From Oscillospiraceae bacterium (GTDB lineage Bacteria; Bacillota; Clostridia; Oscillospirales; CAG-272), in NCBI GenBank assembly GCA_015064095.1, contig SVSW01000003.1, forward strand, positions 4,882 to 68,881: a DNA stretch of 64,000 nucleotides, in the 5' to 3' direction. Shown here piece after piece: positions 35,840 through 45,543 of this stretch. The notes under the pieces were generated by a model. It had not been told where the DNA came from, did no database searches, and saw nothing but the letters and a program-made list of their open reading frames with translations. The position numbers and the translations under genes are program-made. Position 1 is the first letter of the stretch, and each line of letters begins with the position of its first letter.

Positions 35840-36781
35840 ATGACCGAGGCAGAAAAGAAAAGGAAAAACGCCCCGTGGGGACGCGCGTTTCTTGCGCTTG
35901 CTTTCTTTTTCCTCACGGGTCTTTTTATAAAAAATTCCGGGCTTGCCACAGAATATGTCCGCTCGGCTCTGACTCTTTGCGTTCATACCGTTATCCCTTC
36001 TGTTTTTCCGTCTGCTGTGATCGCGGGAATATTTATAGCACTCGGAGGCGGCGAATTCATCTCACATCTGTGTGCGCGCCCGATGAGATCGCTTTTCGGG
36101 CTTTCGGGGGCGGGGGCGACCGTTCTTTTGTTCGGCTGGTTTTGCGGATTCCCTGTGGGCGCCGTTACCGGTGCGGCGCTCGTTCGGCGCGGTGAGCTTT
36201 CCGAAGACGAGCTTTCCCGTTTGATGGTCTTCTCAAATCTTCCGAGCCCGGCATTCGTTATTTCCGCAGTTGGCGAAGGAATGCTAGGCGACCGCCGAAC
36301 GGGTATCGTTCTTTACCTTATTTTGCTTTCCATATCGTTTTTAACGGGCATTATTATGCGCTTTTTTTCAAAAAGTCAAGAAAAATTCGAGCCCAAATCG
36401 GAAATGCGCCGTGGGCTTGCCGGTGCCGTTGCGTCATCGGTCTCCTCGGCCGCATTTTCAATGCTTTCGCTCTGTGCCTCCGTTGTTTTCTTTTCGGTGC
36501 TTGCAAAAACGCTTTTATCCGTCATCGGTCCCTTTTCATCTGATCTTTTGGTTGCCGCCATCGGTTGTGTTTTCGAGATCTCCGGCGGCTGTGCATCTGC
36601 TGCGGCGCTTGGCGGAAAGTGTGCCGCCGCGCTCTGTGCTTTTGCGCTCGGCTGGTCCGGCTTCGGGGTTCATTTTCAGATAATTTCAGCGGCGGAATAC
36701 ATGAAAAAGCTGCCCATTTATTTTTTCGTTAAATTTATCGTCGGCATAATTGCCGCAGCTGCCGCCGTCGTCACTATATGA
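35840..36781 (+). CDS. Nucleoside-recognition (Gate) domain membrane protein, YlbJ-like
   Basis: 313-aa polytopic membrane protein. N-terminal region resembles sporulation membrane protein YlbJ. Confidence 0.5.
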   Translation: MTEAEKKRKNAPWGRAFLALAFFFLTGLFIKNSGLATEYVRSALTLCVHTVIPSVFPSAVIAGIFIALGGGEFISHLCARPMRSLFGLSGAGATVLLFGWFCGFPVGAVTGAALVRRGELSEDELSRLMVFSNLPSPAFVISAVGEGMLGDRRTGIVLYLILLSISFLTGIIMRFFSKSQEKFEPKSEMRRGLAGAVASSVSSAAFSMLSLCASVVFFSVLAKTLLSVIGPFSSDLLVAAIGCVFEISGGCASAAALGGKCAAALCAFALGWSGFGVHFQIISAAEYMKKLPIYFFVKFIVGIIAAAAAVVTI

Positions 36782-36838
36782 CTTTTTACGACATATAATG
36801 ATAATGAGATCTTTCTCTCTGGAAAGGAGGTACTCATT

Positions 36839-37075
36839 ATGGACGAATGTACGGCGGCTCTCGCTTCCCTTACCTTTGCTATCAAAGCTCAGCACGCACT
36901 CGCCGATGCCGGAATCTCGGCAAAAGTGACAAAGCTCCCGCCCGATGTGGCAAAGCGCGGCTGTGAATACGGGATCTCTTACCCCTGCGAAAAGCAAAGC
37001 GAGGTCAAAGCAAATCTTCGTGCAAACGGGATCGGCGTTCGCCGCTTTTTGAAGGGGGGCGGCGAAATCATTTGA
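36839..37075 (+). CDS. DUF3343-type small protein (putative S/Se carrier-like)
   Basis: 78 aa. Precedes and overlaps a class V aminotransferase gene, the usual context for this family. Confidence 0.55.
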   Translation: MDECTAALASLTFAIKAQHALADAGISAKVTKLPPDVAKRGCEYGISYPCEKQSEVKANLRANGIGVRRFLKGGGEII

Positions 37076-38208
37076 TATATCTTGATAATGCCGCGACCAC
37101 ATATCCAAAGCCAAAAAGCGTTTATGATAAAACGCTCGAGCATATGAAGCTTCGCGGCGGAAACCCCGGTCGCGGCTCTCACGCGCTTTCTCTTGCCGCA
37201 GCCGAAACGGTTTACGATTGCAGGCACGAGATCGCTTCACTTTTCGGGATCGACAGTCCCGAATCCGTGATCTTTACACTTAATACGACCCATGCGCTCA
37301 ACACGGTCATAAAAGGGGTGCTTCGGCGCGGGGATCATGTTCTGATCTCCGATCTTGAGCACAATTCGGTTTACAGACCCATATACCGCCTCGCGCAAGA
37401 GGGTTTTATAAAATATTCCGTTTTTCATTCCTTTGCAGGCAAAGAGCATACGGACGCCGATATAATTTCGGACATTCTCTCACATCTGACGCTTCGTACT
37501 CGGCTCATAGTTTGCACGCACGCATCAAATATTTGCTCTGCCACGCTCCCGATAAAAAAGATCGGCGAGCTTTGTCGCCATCGCGGCATATTTTTCTGCG
37601 TTGATGCGGCACAGTCCGCAGGTCATATGCCGATAAACCTGCCTGACAGCGGCATTGATGCACTTTGTGCGCCCGGTCACAAGGGGCTTTACGGCCCGCA
37701 AGGATCGGGCATCATGATACTCGGTAAGGATATTCAACTCTCAACCCTGACCGAAGGCGGAAACGGCATAAATTCGCTTGAAGGGCTTATGCCCGAGGTC
37801 ACACCCGAGCGATACGAGGCAGGCACGCTCCCTGCTCCCGCAATATCCGGCCTTCTGGCAGGCGTGCGTGAGATAAGATCGCTCACTCCCGACAGAATAC
37901 ACACTCATGAATGTGAGCTTTTCCGCTATGCGCGCGATCGCCTGTCGGACATCGGTGCTACCGTTTACGCGCCCGAATGTGAGGGCTCTGTCATTCTTTT
38001 CGGACTTGACGGTGTGAGCGCAGACGTGCTCGGCGAGCATCTCAACTCCTGCGGCATTTGCGTTCGCAGCGGCTATCATTGCGCCGCGCTCGCACACAGA
38101 GCGCTCGGCACGCCGCCCGGCGGTGCGGTTCGTGCGAGCTTTGGAATATATAATACGAAAAAGGATATTGACGCACTTGTTGACGTAACAGAAAAAGCTC
38201 TGCGCTGA
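37072..38208 (+). CDS. Class V aminotransferase / cysteine desulfurase family protein
   Basis: IYLDNAATTYPKP N-terminus and HKGLYGPQGSG PLP-lysine region. Apparent TTG start overlaps the upstream stop. Confidence 0.8.
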   Translation: MIYLDNAATTYPKPKSVYDKTLEHMKLRGGNPGRGSHALSLAAAETVYDCRHEIASLFGIDSPESVIFTLNTTHALNTVIKGVLRRGDHVLISDLEHNSVYRPIYRLAQEGFIKYSVFHSFAGKEHTDADIISDILSHLTLRTRLIVCTHASNICSATLPIKKIGELCRHRGIFFCVDAAQSAGHMPINLPDSGIDALCAPGHKGLYGPQGSGIMILGKDIQLSTLTEGGNGINSLEGLMPEVTPERYEAGTLPAPAISGLLAGVREIRSLTPDRIHTHECELFRYARDRLSDIGATVYAPECEGSVILFGLDGVSADVLGEHLNSCGICVRSGYHCAALAHRALGTPPGGAVRASFGIYNTKKDIDALVDVTEKALR

Positions 38209-38224
38209 TGCGCAGAGCTTTTTA
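38196..38224. terminator. Bidirectional terminator
   Basis: AGCTCTGCG / CGCAGAGCT stem spanning the stop codon, followed by TTTTT. Confidence 0.6.
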
Positions 38225-38225
38225 T

Positions 38226-38816
38226 TTATTTATCTTTTCCAAACCACTTTTTCTTCGGCTCGCGGTCGCTTTCCGGATATTCAGCCACCATGAGCTTTGT
38301 AAAATGAATGTTTTTTATACCTAGCCAATAAGCAAGACCTGCCGTTATTACCGACGGTATTATTATGACAAAATATGACCACCAAAATTCATATATCGGC
38401 ACGCCGCCTATCTCTATCCCTCTCAAAAAGCCCTGATACATTCCCACAAAGAAAAACGCAATTCTCCGAACTATCGATGCATCATACTGCGTGAACATAC
38501 ATATAACGGTGTATATTATCGCTATTATAAAATTCGGTATGTTGGCAACGAGCGCCATCAAAAAGCCGATATACGGTCTTCTCTTTATCTTTCCGTAATC
38601 GATCGCTATCTTATCCTTTGCGCCGATCTCCCACGTCATTATATATATAAGAAACAAATACATCAAAACCGAAAAGGTGGACGCAAGTATCAAAAGCACT
38701 CTGTTCTTCTCTCCGGATGCCGCCAGCGACAACACCATTCCAAGCAGGCTTACGGCAAACTGATTTACAAACATTTTAACCGAGCCGTATCCGTACCGTG
38801 CGAAAAAATTTCTCAT
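38226..38816 (-). CDS. Hypothetical integral membrane protein
   Basis: 196 aa with ~5 hydrophobic spans. No motif recognised. Confidence 0.5.
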   Translation of the reverse strand: MRNFFARYGYGSVKMFVNQFAVSLLGMVLSLAASGEKNRVLLILASTFSVLMYLFLIYIMTWEIGAKDKIAIDYGKIKRRPYIGFLMALVANIPNFIIAIIYTVICMFTQYDASIVRRIAFFFVGMYQGFLRGIEIGGVPIYEFWWSYFVIIIPSVITAGLAYWLGIKNIHFTKLMVAEYPESDREPKKKWFGKDK

Positions 38817-38832
38817 ATATGTTCCCTTCCTG

Positions 38833-38861
38833 TTGATTTTTTTTGCTTTTTATATTATAAT
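38833..38861 (+). promoter_or_regulatory. Sigma-A-type promoter upstream of the recombinase gene
   Basis: TTGATT (38833-38838), 17 nt, TATAAT (38856-38861). Confidence 0.5.
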
Positions 38862-38907
38862 ATAAAATAGGTTAATTTTGCAACAATAAAATTTAAAAAT
38901 TTACATT

Positions 38908-39927
38908 TTGGAGATTATTTTGTCCGATATTATCAATCTTTCCGAATTTCCGCCTCTTGTGCGTGATTTCGCCAATTACAAATCAGGCATTCAGGGCTGC
39001 TCACCAAAAACCGTAAATGAATATTTGCTCGATCTGCGCACGTTTTTGCGTTTTCTTATCGCAAAAGACAAAAAGATCTCCCCGGATTCAGAGGAATTCC
39101 TCGAAATCGACATTTCGGGGGCAGATCTTCCGTTTTTCGCCTCTATCCGTGCCGAGAACATATACGAATTTTTGATGTATACGGGAAACGTTCGCAAAAA
39201 CATGTGGGCGGCGAAAGCAAGAAAGCTGTCGGCGATCAAGGGCTTTTACAAATATCTCACCTTGAAGCGTTGCCTTATCGAAGAAAATCCTGCGGCAAAC
39301 ATTGAATCGCCAAAGGCTAAAAAGTCGTTGCCGAAATTTCTCACACTTGAGGAAAGCCTGCATTTGCTCGATACTGTGCGATCTGACACTCGCTCACGGA
39401 ATAATGTTCGCGATTATACCATAATCACCTTGTTTTTGAACTGCGGTATGCGTGTTTCAGAGCTTGTAGGGATAAATCTTACCGATCTCGATTCGTCCCT
39501 GCGCTCGCTTCGCGTGGTCGGTAAGGGCAACAAGGAGCGCATCATTTACTTAAACGATGCCTGCCGCGCCGCGATCGAGGAATATCTTTCCATTCGCCTC
39601 GGCGAAAAGCATAAGACCCTTTCGCAAAAGGCTCTGTTTCTCTCGGAGCAGAACAACCGCATGGGGGTCAAATCCGTTCAGTGGACTGTCTATAAATACC
39701 TTGATATGGCGGGATTCGGCTCGCGCCACCTCTCGGTCCACAAGCTGCGCCACACGGCGGCAACACTTATGTATCAATCGGGGGCTGTTGATGTTCGTGT
39801 ACTTAAAGACATTCTCGGTCACGAGCAGCTCAATACCACCCAAATTTACACTCATGTTTCAAACAAAAATATGGAGGACGCCATGCAAATGAATCCTCTT
39901 TCAAAAATAAAGCCTAATGGAGACTAA
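38908..39927 (+). CDS. Tyrosine site-specific recombinase, XerC/XerD-like
   Basis: N-terminal SAM-like core-binding domain, and C-terminal catalytic residues in HKLRHTAATLMYQ...LGHEQLNTTQIYTHV. The start is uncertain (TTG at 38908 or 38920). Confidence 0.8.
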   Translation: MEIILSDIINLSEFPPLVRDFANYKSGIQGCSPKTVNEYLLDLRTFLRFLIAKDKKISPDSEEFLEIDISGADLPFFASIRAENIYEFLMYTGNVRKNMWAAKARKLSAIKGFYKYLTLKRCLIEENPAANIESPKAKKSLPKFLTLEESLHLLDTVRSDTRSRNNVRDYTIITLFLNCGMRVSELVGINLTDLDSSLRSLRVVGKGNKERIIYLNDACRAAIEEYLSIRLGEKHKTLSQKALFLSEQNNRMGVKSVQWTVYKYLDMAGFGSRHLSVHKLRHTAATLMYQSGAVDVRVLKDILGHEQLNTTQIYTHVSNKNMEDAMQMNPLSKIKPNGD

Positions 39928-39928
39928 A

Positions 39929-41548
39929 ATGGATCTTAAAGATTTCAGCCTGCTTTACCCCGATTTTGAAACGCAAAAGCGACATATGTCGGGCGAAGCA
40001 GTACCTAACATTGATACTTTTGAGCTTGAGGAGCTTGGGCTTGTCGAAATATTCGACATGAAAAACCGCGAGCTTTGCGAGTTTTTGACGATGGATAAAA
40101 AATCAATGGAATACAGGCTTGAAACATTCTCCGATATGCTTGAATGTCCCGAGATCGCTGTAACGCTCAATAAGCTTGTGCCGATACTCAGCGATATTAT
40201 GGAGCTTCGCCGCCTCGACCTCGATGCCGGCGATGCAACCGCATATCTTTCAAGCATCACCGAGATCGAGCTTTATATTTCGAGCATCGATACGCTTTAT
40301 CGCGGACTTTCGGAGGCAAGGGACAAAATACGCGGTCGAGCGCTGACTGCTCTTTGCGAATACGTTTCATCTCTCGTTGAAAGCGACTACTACCGAGAGC
40401 TTAATGCAAAGCTCCGTGAGCTGACCTGTCGCGTGCGCGAGATCAAGAGCGTGACGATCGGCGTTAATCTCGATGCTCAGCTCCGCCCTGCCGAGGCAGG
40501 CGTGCTTTCCATCAATTCCGAGCAGTTCCGTTCGGGTGATATGCTCGAAAAAATACTTCGCCTGAATTTCAAGGACGATGAATACACCTGCATCGCTCAG
40601 CTCGTGCCTTTTGGCAAAAAGCAAAGTGAGAATGAAAAGACCGCGCTTTCGCTTGCATTTAATTCCGCGATCGGTGATGTCTACAAATCCTCTCTGCGTT
40701 CTTGGAAAAAGATAGTTCAGACCTATGTGCTCGAAAACACCGAGTTTCTTTTAAATCTCATGCCCGAGATCGAATTTTTCGTCAAGGGTGCGGAGCTTCT
40801 CTCAAAGCTCAGTAACCGCGGTTGTAAGCTCTGCCGCCCCGAGATATTTCCCGCCGAGGAGTGCGCATATTCGGCAATAGGCCTTTATAATCCTGCCGTT
40901 GCGCTTAAAAGCGACGGCGAGATAATCACAAACGATCTCGTTTTCGACGAAAATGCAACAATATATGTCCTGACAGGTCCGAACCGCGGCGGAAAATCCG
41001 TTATCACCTGCGCTTGCGGACTTTCGCAGGTCATGGCTCAGCTCGGCATGTTCGTTTGCGCGGATTCTATTACCCTCTCCCCCGTTGATGCTATATTCAC
41101 GCATTTCCCGACGGGTGCTGAGGACACGATCGACAAGGGTCGTCTGGGTGAGGAATGTGATCGCCTCCGCGATATTTTTGAGTGCATTACTCCCTACTCC
41201 CTCATTCTTCTCGACGAATCGTTCTCGTCGACCGGTGCGTTTGAGGCGTCATATATTGCCGACGAGGTGCTCCGCGCGATAAGCTATATGAAATGCCGCT
41301 GCATTTTCTCAACGCATCTTCATCAGCTCGTGGCAGAGCTTGAAGCTATCAATGCCGATGCCGAGAAAAACGGATATGCCTTGATCGACACGCTCGTTGC
41401 GGGCATTGAGACCGGCCAGAGATCTTTTAAGATCCACCGCCAAAAGCCCGACGGAAAAAGCTATGCCCGCGATATCGCTATCAAATACGGTATCTCGTAC
41501 GATAATATCATAAATAATTTTAATGAAAGGAGAAATAAAAATGGATAA
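39929..41548 (+). CDS. MutS-family ATPase paralog lacking the mismatch-binding N-terminal domain
   Basis: Walker A GPNRGGKSV, and LILLDESFSSTG in place of the usual DE..GTS. No MutS domain I recognisable. ATG lies 1 nt after the recombinase stop (alternative ATG at 39917). Confidence 0.7.
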   Translation: MDLKDFSLLYPDFETQKRHMSGEAVPNIDTFELEELGLVEIFDMKNRELCEFLTMDKKSMEYRLETFSDMLECPEIAVTLNKLVPILSDIMELRRLDLDAGDATAYLSSITEIELYISSIDTLYRGLSEARDKIRGRALTALCEYVSSLVESDYYRELNAKLRELTCRVREIKSVTIGVNLDAQLRPAEAGVLSINSEQFRSGDMLEKILRLNFKDDEYTCIAQLVPFGKKQSENEKTALSLAFNSAIGDVYKSSLRSWKKIVQTYVLENTEFLLNLMPEIEFFVKGAELLSKLSNRGCKLCRPEIFPAEECAYSAIGLYNPAVALKSDGEIITNDLVFDENATIYVLTGPNRGGKSVITCACGLSQVMAQLGMFVCADSITLSPVDAIFTHFPTGAEDTIDKGRLGEECDRLRDIFECITPYSLILLDESFSSTGAFEASYIADEVLRAISYMKCRCIFSTHLHQLVAELEAINADAEKNGYALIDTLVAGIETGQRSFKIHRQKPDGKSYARDIAIKYGISYDNIINNFNERRNKNG

Positions 41549-42020
41549 GCTTCTTACCTTGCTTGAAAACGATGCGACCCTTACCGCAGAGCAGCTCTCC
41601 GTTATGCTCTCAAAAGAGGTCGGTGAAATAAAGGAAATAATAGAAAAATACGAAAACGAGGGGGTGCTCCTCGGATACAAGGCACTCGTTGACTGGGATA
41701 AGACCGATCGAGAGTATGTTTCGGCGCTCATTGAGGTCAAGATCCAGCCTCAGCGCGATTTCGGCTTTGACAGGGTTGCCGAAAAGATATACAATTATCC
41801 CGAGGTCACGAGCCTTATGCTCATGTCAGGCGGCTTTGATCTCGCCGTTATGATCGAGGGCAAAACAATGCGCGAGGTCGCATCTTTCGTTGCCCAAAAG
41901 CTTTCTCCCATTGAATTTGTCACAGCAACTTCAACTCATTTCGTTCTCAAAAAATATAAAGATAAGGGTGTTATATACAAAGCTCCCGAGGTTGATGAAA
42001 GAGGTTACGGCGGTTTATGA
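41541..42020 (+). CDS. Lrp/AsnC-family transcriptional regulator
   Basis: N-terminal HTH (LLENDATLTAEQLSVMLSK) plus an RAM/ACT-like C-terminal domain. SD AAGGAG upstream. Confidence 0.75.
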   Translation: MDKLLTLLENDATLTAEQLSVMLSKEVGEIKEIIEKYENEGVLLGYKALVDWDKTDREYVSALIEVKIQPQRDFGFDRVAEKIYNYPEVTSLMLMSGGFDLAVMIEGKTMREVASFVAQKLSPIEFVTATSTHFVLKKYKDKGVIYKAPEVDERGYGGL

Positions 42021-43188
42021 TTGACTATTCCTCGCTTCTTTCCCCAACCCTTTCGGGGCTTGCTCCGTCCGGTATCCGAAAGTTTTTCGATCTGCTCGAA
42101 AACATGCATGACGTAACTGCTCTCACCGTCGGTCAGCCCGACTTCGTTACCCCTTGGCATATTCGCGAGGCGGGTATTCGGTCGCTTGAGGGCGGAAAAC
42201 TTATTACACATCAAACTCCGGCACGTTTGAGTTGCGCCGCGCGATATCCGATTATCTTGTGCGCCGCTTTAATATGCCTAAATATAACCCCAACAATGAA
42301 GTTATCGTAACTGTCGGCGGCAGTGAAGCTATCGACATGGCTATGCGCACCGTGCTGTGCCCCGGCGATGAGGTCATTATCCCAAATCCCGCTTTCGTTT
42401 GCTATGAACCGCTTGCGAAAATGACGGGAGCAACACCTGTTATCCTTGAAACCCGTGTAGAAGATAATTTCAAGCTCACGCCCGATGCGCTGAAAAAAGC
42501 AATTACGCCCAGAACAAAAATGCTCGTTCTTCCGTTTCCGAACAACCCGACCGGTGCTGTAATGACGGAAAGCGAGCTGCGCGAGATAGCGGACATCGTT
42601 CGCGATACTAATATTTTCGTGCTTTCCGATGAGATATACGCCGAGCTGACTTTCGGCCGCCGCCACGTTTCTATCACGAGCATTGAGGGAATGTACGAGC
42701 GCACGATCCTCGTCAGCGGATTTTCAAAGGCATATGCTATGACAGGTTGGCGTCTTGGATATCTTTGCGCTCCGGAACCTATCGCAAAGCAGATACTAAA
42801 GCTCCATCAGTACGCCATTATGTGCGCGCCCACGGTTTCCCAATTTGCGGCTATCGAGGCTATGGACAACGGCGATGAGGACGTGCAGATGATGGTTGAG
42901 GAATACGACCGCAGAAGAAGATATATTCACAACGGCTTGAATACCATCGGTATTCCGACCTTTGAGCCTGAGGGCGCTTTCTATATTTGGCCCGATATAC
43001 GTTCATTCGGCCTCTCCTCGGAGGAATTTTGCAATCGCTTGCTCTATGAGCACAAATGCGCAATAGTCCCCGGAAACGCCTTTGGCGAGTGCGGCGAGGG
43101 CTTCGCCAGAATTTCTTATGCTTATTCCGTCAAGCACATTACCAACGCGCTTGAAAAAATGGAAGCGTTTGTGAAAACGCTTAAATAA
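42017..43188 (+). pseudogene. Class I/II PLP-dependent aminotransferase interrupted by a 1-nt frameshift
   Basis: Two ORFs (42017-42310 and 42232-43188) in different frames join into one standard aminotransferase (..LEGGK|TYYTSNSGTFELRRAISDYL.., SGFSKAYAMTGWRLGY) if one A is added to the A4 run at 42196-42199. Confidence 0.75.
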
Positions 43189-43216
43189 AAAAAGCAGGCT
43201 TTGCCTGCTTTTTTTA
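43189..43216. terminator. Bidirectional terminator
   Basis: AGCAGGC / GCCTGCT stem flanked by A-run and T-run. Confidence 0.65.
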
Positions 43217-44533
43217 TTCTTTTTCTTTGAGTGCGAGCCTCACTGTATATTCCTTGCCGTCGCGAAGATATTTAACCTCGACTATATCGCTCGCCTTTTT
43301 CGTGCCGAGGATACCGACAACGGTATCGTACGGATCGTTCAACGCGTCGTTTTTAAGCTCCTTGCCGTCAAACGCCGTCACTATATCGTACATTTTGAGC
43401 TTGCCCTCTGCGTCCGAGCCCTCAACCGTTCCGAGGATCATAAATCCGCTTTTTTCGGCATGACAAACGTAGCGGCTCTCCTCTTCGGTGAGATCATATC
43501 TCGCATAAAAGGTGTTCCCTTTGATATAATAGCCCGATTCATCAAGATAAACTCGAGTTGCGCCGCGATCCTTGATAAAATAGTAAGCATCTGCCTCAAC
43601 GCTGACACCGGTGACGCCGAGCTGAGGCTTTGCCATATCGTTATCTATCGCATCAAAGAAGAAATCCTTATGCTCGCTTATCGGAATAGCAAAATTAATG
43701 CCCTCATATCCGTCCTTCAGCTTTTGCGTTATGATGCCGATAACCTCGCCGCTTTCGTTGATCAAGGGTCCGCCCGAGTTGCCGCGGTTTACGGGCACAT
43801 CGATCTGTATCATTGAGGTAACTCCGCCATCGTACGTAACAGTATCACGGTCAAGATGGGAAACGTGGCCAACCGATACCGTCCACGCAAGATCCGTGCT
43901 GTAAGGAGTTCCGATCGCAACAACTCGATCGCCCGTGCGGACATCTTTATAATCTCCTATTTTTGCCGCCTTGAATTTTTCACCCTCATCGGGATTTGTG
44001 CGTAAAAGCGCAATATCGTTCTTTGTATCCTCTGCTATTACCTTCGCACTGTATTCTTTGCCGTTGTAATTTATCACCGTTATGCTTTCCGCTTCGTTGA
44101 CAACGTGGCTGTTTGTTGCGATATATCCGTTTTCGGTCAGAATTATTCCCGTGCCGACACCGTATTTGGTCTCGCCGTCCTCGATCTTTTTGACCTCTAT
44201 TGCAACGGTGTAAGGAGAGCACGCCTCCGCAATATCGGCAACAGAAGCACTGTTCAACTCCGAAACGACCTCATCATCGTCATTTGACAGCACAAAAGCA
44301 AGAGTTCCGACAGTTGCTATAAGTGCGATCGCCAAAACGGCGCATATGATCGACAGGAAAATGACAGGAGAAAATTTCGGTTTTTGCTTTTCGGGCTCGC
44401 ATTTTTTCTCGTCGCTCCAGCTATAAACGTATTCGGTATCGATCTTTTCCGCAGCTTCTTCAACCGCGGGACATTCTTTAATTTCCTCGGGCTCTGTGTT
44501 TTCTTCGCCTATTATATCCTTGTTTTCTTCCAT
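43214..44533 (-). CDS. Membrane-anchored HtrA/DegP-family serine protease with PDZ domain
   Basis: Catalytic His (ATNSHVV), Asp (DIALLR) and Ser (GNSGGPLIN). N-terminal TM span and a C-terminal PDZ-like region. Confidence 0.85.
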   Translation of the reverse strand: MEENKDIIGEENTEPEEIKECPAVEEAAEKIDTEYVYSWSDEKKCEPEKQKPKFSPVIFLSIICAVLAIALIATVGTLAFVLSNDDDEVVSELNSASVADIAEACSPYTVAIEVKKIEDGETKYGVGTGIILTENGYIATNSHVVNEAESITVINYNGKEYSAKVIAEDTKNDIALLRTNPDEGEKFKAAKIGDYKDVRTGDRVVAIGTPYSTDLAWTVSVGHVSHLDRDTVTYDGGVTSMIQIDVPVNRGNSGGPLINESGEVIGIITQKLKDGYEGINFAIPISEHKDFFFDAIDNDMAKPQLGVTGVSVEADAYYFIKDRGATRVYLDESGYYIKGNTFYARYDLTEEESRYVCHAEKSGFMILGTVEGSDAEGKLKMYDIVTAFDGKELKNDALNDPYDTVVGILGTKKASDIVEVKYLRDGKEYTVRLALKEKE

Positions 44534-44578
44534 TATAACTGTTCCTTTACAGATCTTACTACTATTATAGTATTAGCC

Positions 44579-44600
44579 AAAAAAGCGGCAAATGCCGCTT
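44579..44600 (-). terminator. Rho-independent terminator after the response-regulator gene
   Basis: AGCGGCA / TGCCGCT stem followed by a T-run on the minus strand. Confidence 0.6.
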
Positions 44601-45293
44601 TTATGCAAGAAGTTCAAATTTGTAACCTACTCCCCAAACGGTTTTGAGTATCCACTTGTCCGAAACGCCCTCAAGCTTCTCGCGCAAGCGCTTGACGTGA
44701 ACGTCAACCGTTCTCGAGTCACCGAGGTAATCAAAGCCCCACACCTTGTCAAGCAGCTGATCGCGAGTAAAAACTCGGTTGCAGTTCGAGGCAAGGAAAT
44801 AAAGCAGTTCAAGCTCCTTCGGCGGAATATCAACAGATCTTCCGTTGAGCTTCAACTCATATTTTTGAAGACTTATCTCAATATTTTCGTATTTTATTAC
44901 CTCTTCGTCGTTCTGACTTCCGTGCGCCTGATAGCGGCGGAGCACAGCCTTTACGCGTGCCGAAAGCTCCTTTGTATCAAAAGGTTTGACAACGAAATCG
45001 TCTGCCCCCAGCTCAAGTCCGAGCACCTTGTCAAAAACATCGCTCTTCGCGGTGATCATTATTATCGGCTTTGAGGACATCTCGCGTATCTCGCGACAGA
45101 CCTGCCAGCCGTCCTTTTTGGGGAGCATTATATCAAGCAAAACGATGTCCGGCTCGTATGCCTTAAATGCACTGATGCCCTCCAGCCCGTCATTAACGGT
45201 TTTAACCTCGTATCCCTCGTTTTCGAAATACGTTTTGAGCATATCGCAAATATTAACATCTCCGTCTATGATGAGAATTTTTGTATCAAGCAC
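44601..45293 (-). CDS. OmpR-family response regulator (no adjacent histidine kinase)
   Basis: Receiver domain (ILIIDGD..., VLLDIMLPKKDG) plus a winged-helix output domain (..TVWGVGYKF). Confidence 0.85.
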   Translation of the reverse strand: MLDTKILIIDGDVNICDMLKTYFENEGYEVKTVNDGLEGISAFKAYEPDIVLLDIMLPKKDGWQVCREIREMSSKPIIMITAKSDVFDKVLGLELGADDFVVKPFDTKELSARVKAVLRRYQAHGSQNDEEVIKYENIEISLQKYELKLNGRSVDIPPKELELLYFLASNCNRVFTRDQLLDKVWGFDYLGDSRTVDVHVKRLREKLEGVSDKWILKTVWGVGYKFELLA

Positions 45294-45481
45294 TTTAAAC
45301 CTCCAAAGATATCACATATTGTAATTTTAATGCACATATGGGAATTTTTTGTGATGTAAATATGAAAATTAATTCACACAGTATTATACCACGAAATATC
45401 GGATTTGAAAAGAGGTTTTTTGATTTTTTGTGAACAAATTTGAAAATTCGGTCAAAATTACTTCAAAATTCACCGGAAGTC

Positions 45482-45510
45482 TTGAAAATGTATTTAAAAT
45501 GTAATATAAT
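45482..45510 (+). promoter_or_regulatory. Sigma-A-type promoter upstream of ychF
   Basis: TTGAAA (45482-45487), 17 nt, TATAAT (45505-45510), embedded in the inverted repeat ATGTAAT-ATA-ATTACAT. Confidence 0.55.
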
Positions 45511-45543
45511 TACATTGTATGCGAATTTTGAAAGGATATAAAT

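Noticed and set aside
36686-37240. 184-aa minus-strand ORF
   Set aside because: It is antisense to the DUF3343 gene and the 5' end of the class V aminotransferase gene, and has no supporting features.
38908-39927. Xer-like tyrosine recombinase as the missing integrase of the tRNA-Ser islet or of a prophage
   Set aside because: It lies 19 kb from the islet in a housekeeping context, with no flanking att-like repeats, excisionase or phage genes. It looks like a chromosomal Xer-type enzyme.
42194-42201. Programmed -1 ribosomal frameshift in the aminotransferase gene
   Set aside because: GGAAAAC is not a canonical X-XXY-YYZ slippery heptamer, and no downstream stimulatory structure is evident. 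A single-base indel in the A-run, whether mutation or assembly error, is the simpler explanation.
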